Assembly: GCA_951406725.2 (NCBI GenBank) | Contig: OX597822.1 | Coordinates: 15,934,001 to 15,998,000, forward strand | DNA length: 64,000 nt | Source of the DNA: Octopus vulgaris | Taxonomy: Eukaryota | Reading direction: 5' to 3' | Shown: positions 62,938-64,000 of the stretch, piece after piece | Numbering within the stretch: the stretch's first letter is position 1 | Layout of the letters: each line of letters opens with the position of its first letter | Translations under genes and position numbers: made by a program | Notes under the pieces: generated by a model | Database searches by the model: none | The model's input: the letters and a program-made list of their open reading frames with translations, nothing else | Told to the model about the DNA's origin: nothing

Positions 62938-63296
62938 CTTCGTGAAGCACTGCAAAAGAAATTTATTTACCATCGTCTGTGTTTATTTAGTCTAATTGAT
63001 GTTTTCATTTTCTCTTCACTGGCCAGCGTGGGTGTTTCTGGAATTATTAAACATTCTTTGTTTTCTATGTAGCGGAAGGTATCATTAAGAATTTCGGAAG
63101 AAAACAAGATTCCTGTGCATAATGGTTTAACAAGATAAGTAATATTCTTTATGCTTTTCTCTTCATTATATACTTTTTAGTGAAAATATAACAGCGGGAG
63201 AATCACGCATGGTTAATATATGTGTGCGTGTGCGTGCGTGTGTGTGCGTGTGCGTACGTGTGTGTGCGTGCATGCGTGTGTGTGTGTGTGTATGTA

Positions 63297-63535
63297 TACT
63301 CTTTTACTCTTCTAGTTGTCTCAGTCATGTGACTGCGGCCATGCTAGAGCAACACCTTTAGTCGAACAAATCGACCCAAGGACTCGTTTTTTGTAAGCCT
63401 AGTACTTATTCCATCGGTTTCTTTTGCCGAACCGCTAGGTTACGCAAACGTTAACACTCCAGCTTCGGTCGTCAAACGATGGTAAGGGAACAAACACTGA
63501 CACACAAACGTATACACACTATACTCTCACACACA

Positions 63536-63609
<74 letters not shown>

Positions 63610-63774
63610 CGACGGGCTTCTTTCAGTTTCCGTCTACCAAATCCATTCACAAAGCTTTGGTCGGCCCGAGGCTAAAGGAGAAGACAATTTCAGAAGGTTC
63701 CACGGAGTGGGACTGAACCCGGGACCATGTGATTGGTAATGAAGCTACTTACCACACAGCCACTCCTACGCCTA
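63297..63774 (-). mobile_element. SINE family A, full length
   Basis: Near-identical to the 3101 and 38835 copies. Confidence 0.92.
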
Positions 63775-63778
63775 TATA

Positions 63779-63827
<49 letters not shown>

Positions 63828-64000
63828 GTGCGTGTGTATGTGTGTGTGTAGACACAGAAACGGCACATATACACATACATATATAAATTTATTCTACGCC
63901 ACCAAATACAGTCCCTAGATTGTGTCACTCCAGAGCTTAGACTCGAACTAAAACCATTTTGTACAAAGGGAACTTTTAACGAGATAACTATTTTTATTTG

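Overview
Repeat-dominated, AT-rich eukaryotic non-coding DNA with no supportable host protein-coding gene, rRNA or CRISPR. Extreme (TA/CA/TACA/TAGA/AAT)n density and abundant tRNA-derived SINEs suggest an octopus or other cephalopod genome (inference). Nearly all listed ORFs are microsatellite or SINE translation artefacts. Real coding remnants are all transposon-derived: an internally deleted RTE-clade LINE with a 13-bp TSD (9234-10506), two Penelope-like (PLE) GIY-YIG fragments, tandem Tx1-like ORF1-only and ORF2-end units (23274-26300), a deleted piggyBac (27888-28973), a full-length but frameshifted mariner (48495-49745) and a decayed R4/Dong-like LINE. There are also about 20 SINE copies in 3-4 families and several MITEs. 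Most notable are (1) at least seven minimal hammerhead-ribozyme motifs, including a perfect inverted double hammerhead and two cases of tRNA-like Pol III head + microsatellite + hammerhead, and (2) a head-to-tail Tx1-like pair in which an ORF2-end unit and an ORF1-only unit share a 3' tail and sit in front of nearly the same 14-bp site, one copy of which is a SINE tRNA head. All calls were made by eye without database searches, and the ends of decayed elements are approximate.
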